This document shows, piece after piece, positions 32,874-32,926 of a stretch of 32,926 nt of DNA (positions within the stretch are counted from its first letter, which is position 1; each line of letters begins with the position of its first letter). A program made the position numbers and the translations under genes. The stretch comes from Hydrurus foetidus (taxonomy: Eukaryota), in contig UYFQ01000448.1 of assembly GCA_900617105.1 (NCBI GenBank), positions 1 through 32,926 of the forward strand, in the 5' to 3' direction. Under the pieces are notes generated by a model. That model was not told the DNA's origin. It saw nothing but the letters and a program-made list of their open reading frames with translations, and did not search any database.

Positions 32874-32926
32874 TTTTGTTCCGAGAGATCCTTAAAGTCC
32901 CGTTACGGTCATTTTTTGCTGTTGTA

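Overview
Eukaryotic, transposon-dense window, probably from a photosynthetic stramenopile (ochrophyte). This is inferred from GT-AG introns with CTAAC branch points and a gene with a signal peptide + AF plastid motif + twin-arginine lumen signal. From left to right: (1) a degenerate Ty3/Gypsy element (minus strand, truncated by the window start) inserted into the RT of (2) a degenerate Ty1/Copia element ('Copia A', minus, 10720-16792), whose Gag carries a CCCH rather than a CCHC finger. The Gypsy/Copia junction is amplified into an 8-unit, ~1.03 kb tandem array (2646-10879). (3) An intact, very young Copia ('Copia B', plus, 17347-23723; identical 366-bp LTRs, GCAGC TSD). It has a probable -1 gag/pol frameshift and no tRNA primer site. 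Instead, the 11 nt right after its LTR are exactly complementary to an LTR-internal segment, the signature of Tf1-type self-primed reverse transcription, which I know only from Gypsy-group elements. This is the top finding. (4) Two host genes: a PsbP-like lumen protein and aminopeptidase P. (5) An intact intron-containing pogo/Tc1-mariner-like DD39D transposon with 51-bp TIRs and a non-TA target, inserted into one arm of (6) a long foldback element. (7) Two back-to-back hairpins at the window end. All alignments were done by eye.
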